Origin: an uncultured Pelagibacteraceae bacterium
Lineage (GTDB): Bacteria; Pseudomonadota; Alphaproteobacteria; Pelagibacterales; Pelagibacteraceae
Length of the DNA: 64,000 nucleotides
Reading direction: 5' to 3'
NCBI GenBank assembly: GCA_902572605.1
Contig: CACGGD010000001.1
Location: 95,861 to 159,860, forward strand
Part shown: piece by piece, positions 62,939 through 64,000 of the stretch
Numbering within the stretch: the stretch's first letter is position 1
Layout: the number at the start of each line of letters is the position of its first letter
Program-made: the position numbers and the translations under genes
The notes under the pieces: generated by a model
The model's database searches: none
The model's input: the letters and a program-made list of their open reading frames with translations, nothing else
What the model was told of the DNA's origin: nothing

Positions 62939-63843
62939 TGGAAAAAATAAACTTTAAACACTCTATTATATTCTTCAATTTTTGTATTTTGATAAGTCCA
63001 TTTTATATCATTCTAAATTTTGAACCAATAATATTCTGTTTATTCTTAATTTTAATTTTGGGAATTTCTCATGGAGCATTAGATGATTTTAAAGGAAAAA
63101 AACTCTTAAAATTATTTGGATATAAATCAACTATTTTGTTTTATCTTGCCTATATATTAATTTCTCTTTTGATAATAGTTTTCTGGTTATTATTTCCTAA
63201 TACTGTTTTATTTTTATTTTTGATTGTTGCAGCTTATCACTTCGGTAAAGAGGATACGGTATTTTCTTTTAAAAAAAATTTTTTCATATCTGAATTTCTA
63301 TTTTTTTTGAAAGGTTCAGCAGTAATTATAGCTCCATTATTATTACAAAGACAAGAGACAAATGAAATATTCAGAATACTAAATTTTAGTGTTTTCGAGT
63401 CTCAAGTTTTCAGTGATCAATTATTAATTACAATATTATGTTTAAGTTTTTTATCATCTCTTTATATTTCTTACAAAAAAAATGCTAACTTAAAGGGAAT
63501 TATGATTATGGATTTTTTATCATTGATTATATTAAATCTTTTCTTAACACCTATTATAGCTTTCACACTCTATTTTTGTTTTCTTCATTCAACAAGACAT
63601 TCTATTACGTTAATTTTTGAACTAGATAAATCTTTCAAATCTGGGTTAAAAAAATTTATAAGAAAGGCAATTCCACTTACTTTTGTGTCTGGAGTAATAT
63701 TTTTATTTGCGATATATTTTTTAAACTATATCTACACTCTTGATGAGGCCGTTTATAAAGTGATATTTATTGGTTTGGCGTCACTTACTTTTCCGCATAT
63801 ATTACTTGAATACTTATTAGAAAAAAATGAAAAAAGAACTTAA
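62938..63843 (+). CDS. blh: Brp/Blh beta-carotene 15,15'-dioxygenase (retinal-forming)
   Basis: Multi-TM; [26 protein letters not shown] His ligands; follows crtY. Confidence 0.93.
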   Translation: MEKINFKHSIIFFNFCILISPFYIILNFEPIIFCLFLILILGISHGALDDFKGKKLLKLFGYKSTILFYLAYILISLLIIVFWLLFPNTVLFLFLIVAAYHFGKEDTVFSFKKNFFISEFLFFLKGSAVIIAPLLLQRQETNEIFRILNFSVFESQVFSDQLLITILCLSFLSSLYISYKKNANLKGIMIMDFLSLIILNLFLTPIIAFTLYFCFLHSTRHSITLIFELDKSFKSGLKKFIRKAIPLTFVSGVIFLFAIYFLNYIYTLDEAVYKVIFIGLASLTFPHILLEYLLEKNEKRT

Positions 63844-64000
63844 AATCTATTTAGCATCACCGAGAGGTTTTTGTGCTGGTGTTAAAAGAGCAATAGAAAT
63901 AGTTGATAAATCAATAAACAAATATGGCTCTCCAGTTTACGTGAGACATGAAATAGTTCATAACAAACAAGTAGTTGAGGAGCTCAAACAAAAAGGCGCT
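63827..64000 (+). CDS. ispH: 4-hydroxy-3-methylbut-2-enyl diphosphate reductase (5' part only)
   Basis: Not in the ORF track. ATG at 63827 gives [23 protein letters not shown]...[14 protein letters not shown]. Confidence 0.95.
   Translation, partial: MKKELKIYLASPRGFCAGVKRAIEIVDKSINKYGSPVYVRHEIVHNKQVVEELKQKGA

Overview
A very AT-rich, extremely compact alphaproteobacterial chromosome segment. Gene content, tiny or overlapping intergenic spacers, the atpIBEF'F-crtIBY-blh-ispH block and ccrM point to a SAR11/Pelagibacterales genome (inferred, not database-checked). Most of the window is core housekeeping: the start of the dcw cluster, rnpB, mlaA/C, rpoD-dnaG, carAB, trxB, uvrB/C, ilvE, a MarR-OmpR-EnvZ set, lgt, prs-rplY-pth-ychF, petABC, hemF, greA, cca, ispE, rnhB, ccrM, mutY, smc, F0 ATP synthase, retinal biosynthesis and two tRNAs. 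I found no mobile elements, CRISPR arrays or rRNA. The best candidate for an undescribed system is a translationally coupled three-gene module at 9264-10988: an APS-kinase-like P-loop protein, a 124-aa HxGH nucleotidyltransferase and a PAPS-type sulfotransferase. It could be a minimal sulfate-activation/sulfation pathway using a 'mini ATP sulfurylase'. Other notable items are a hinge-less 814-aa SMC, ftsZ placed between mraZ and rsmH downstream of MraZ-type boxes, a selenoprotein J/crystallin J1-like Cys homolog coupled to trxB, and a GANTC-rich ccrM leader. Single-base frameshifts in dnaG, uvrC and greA most likely reflect sequencing errors in short A-runs.
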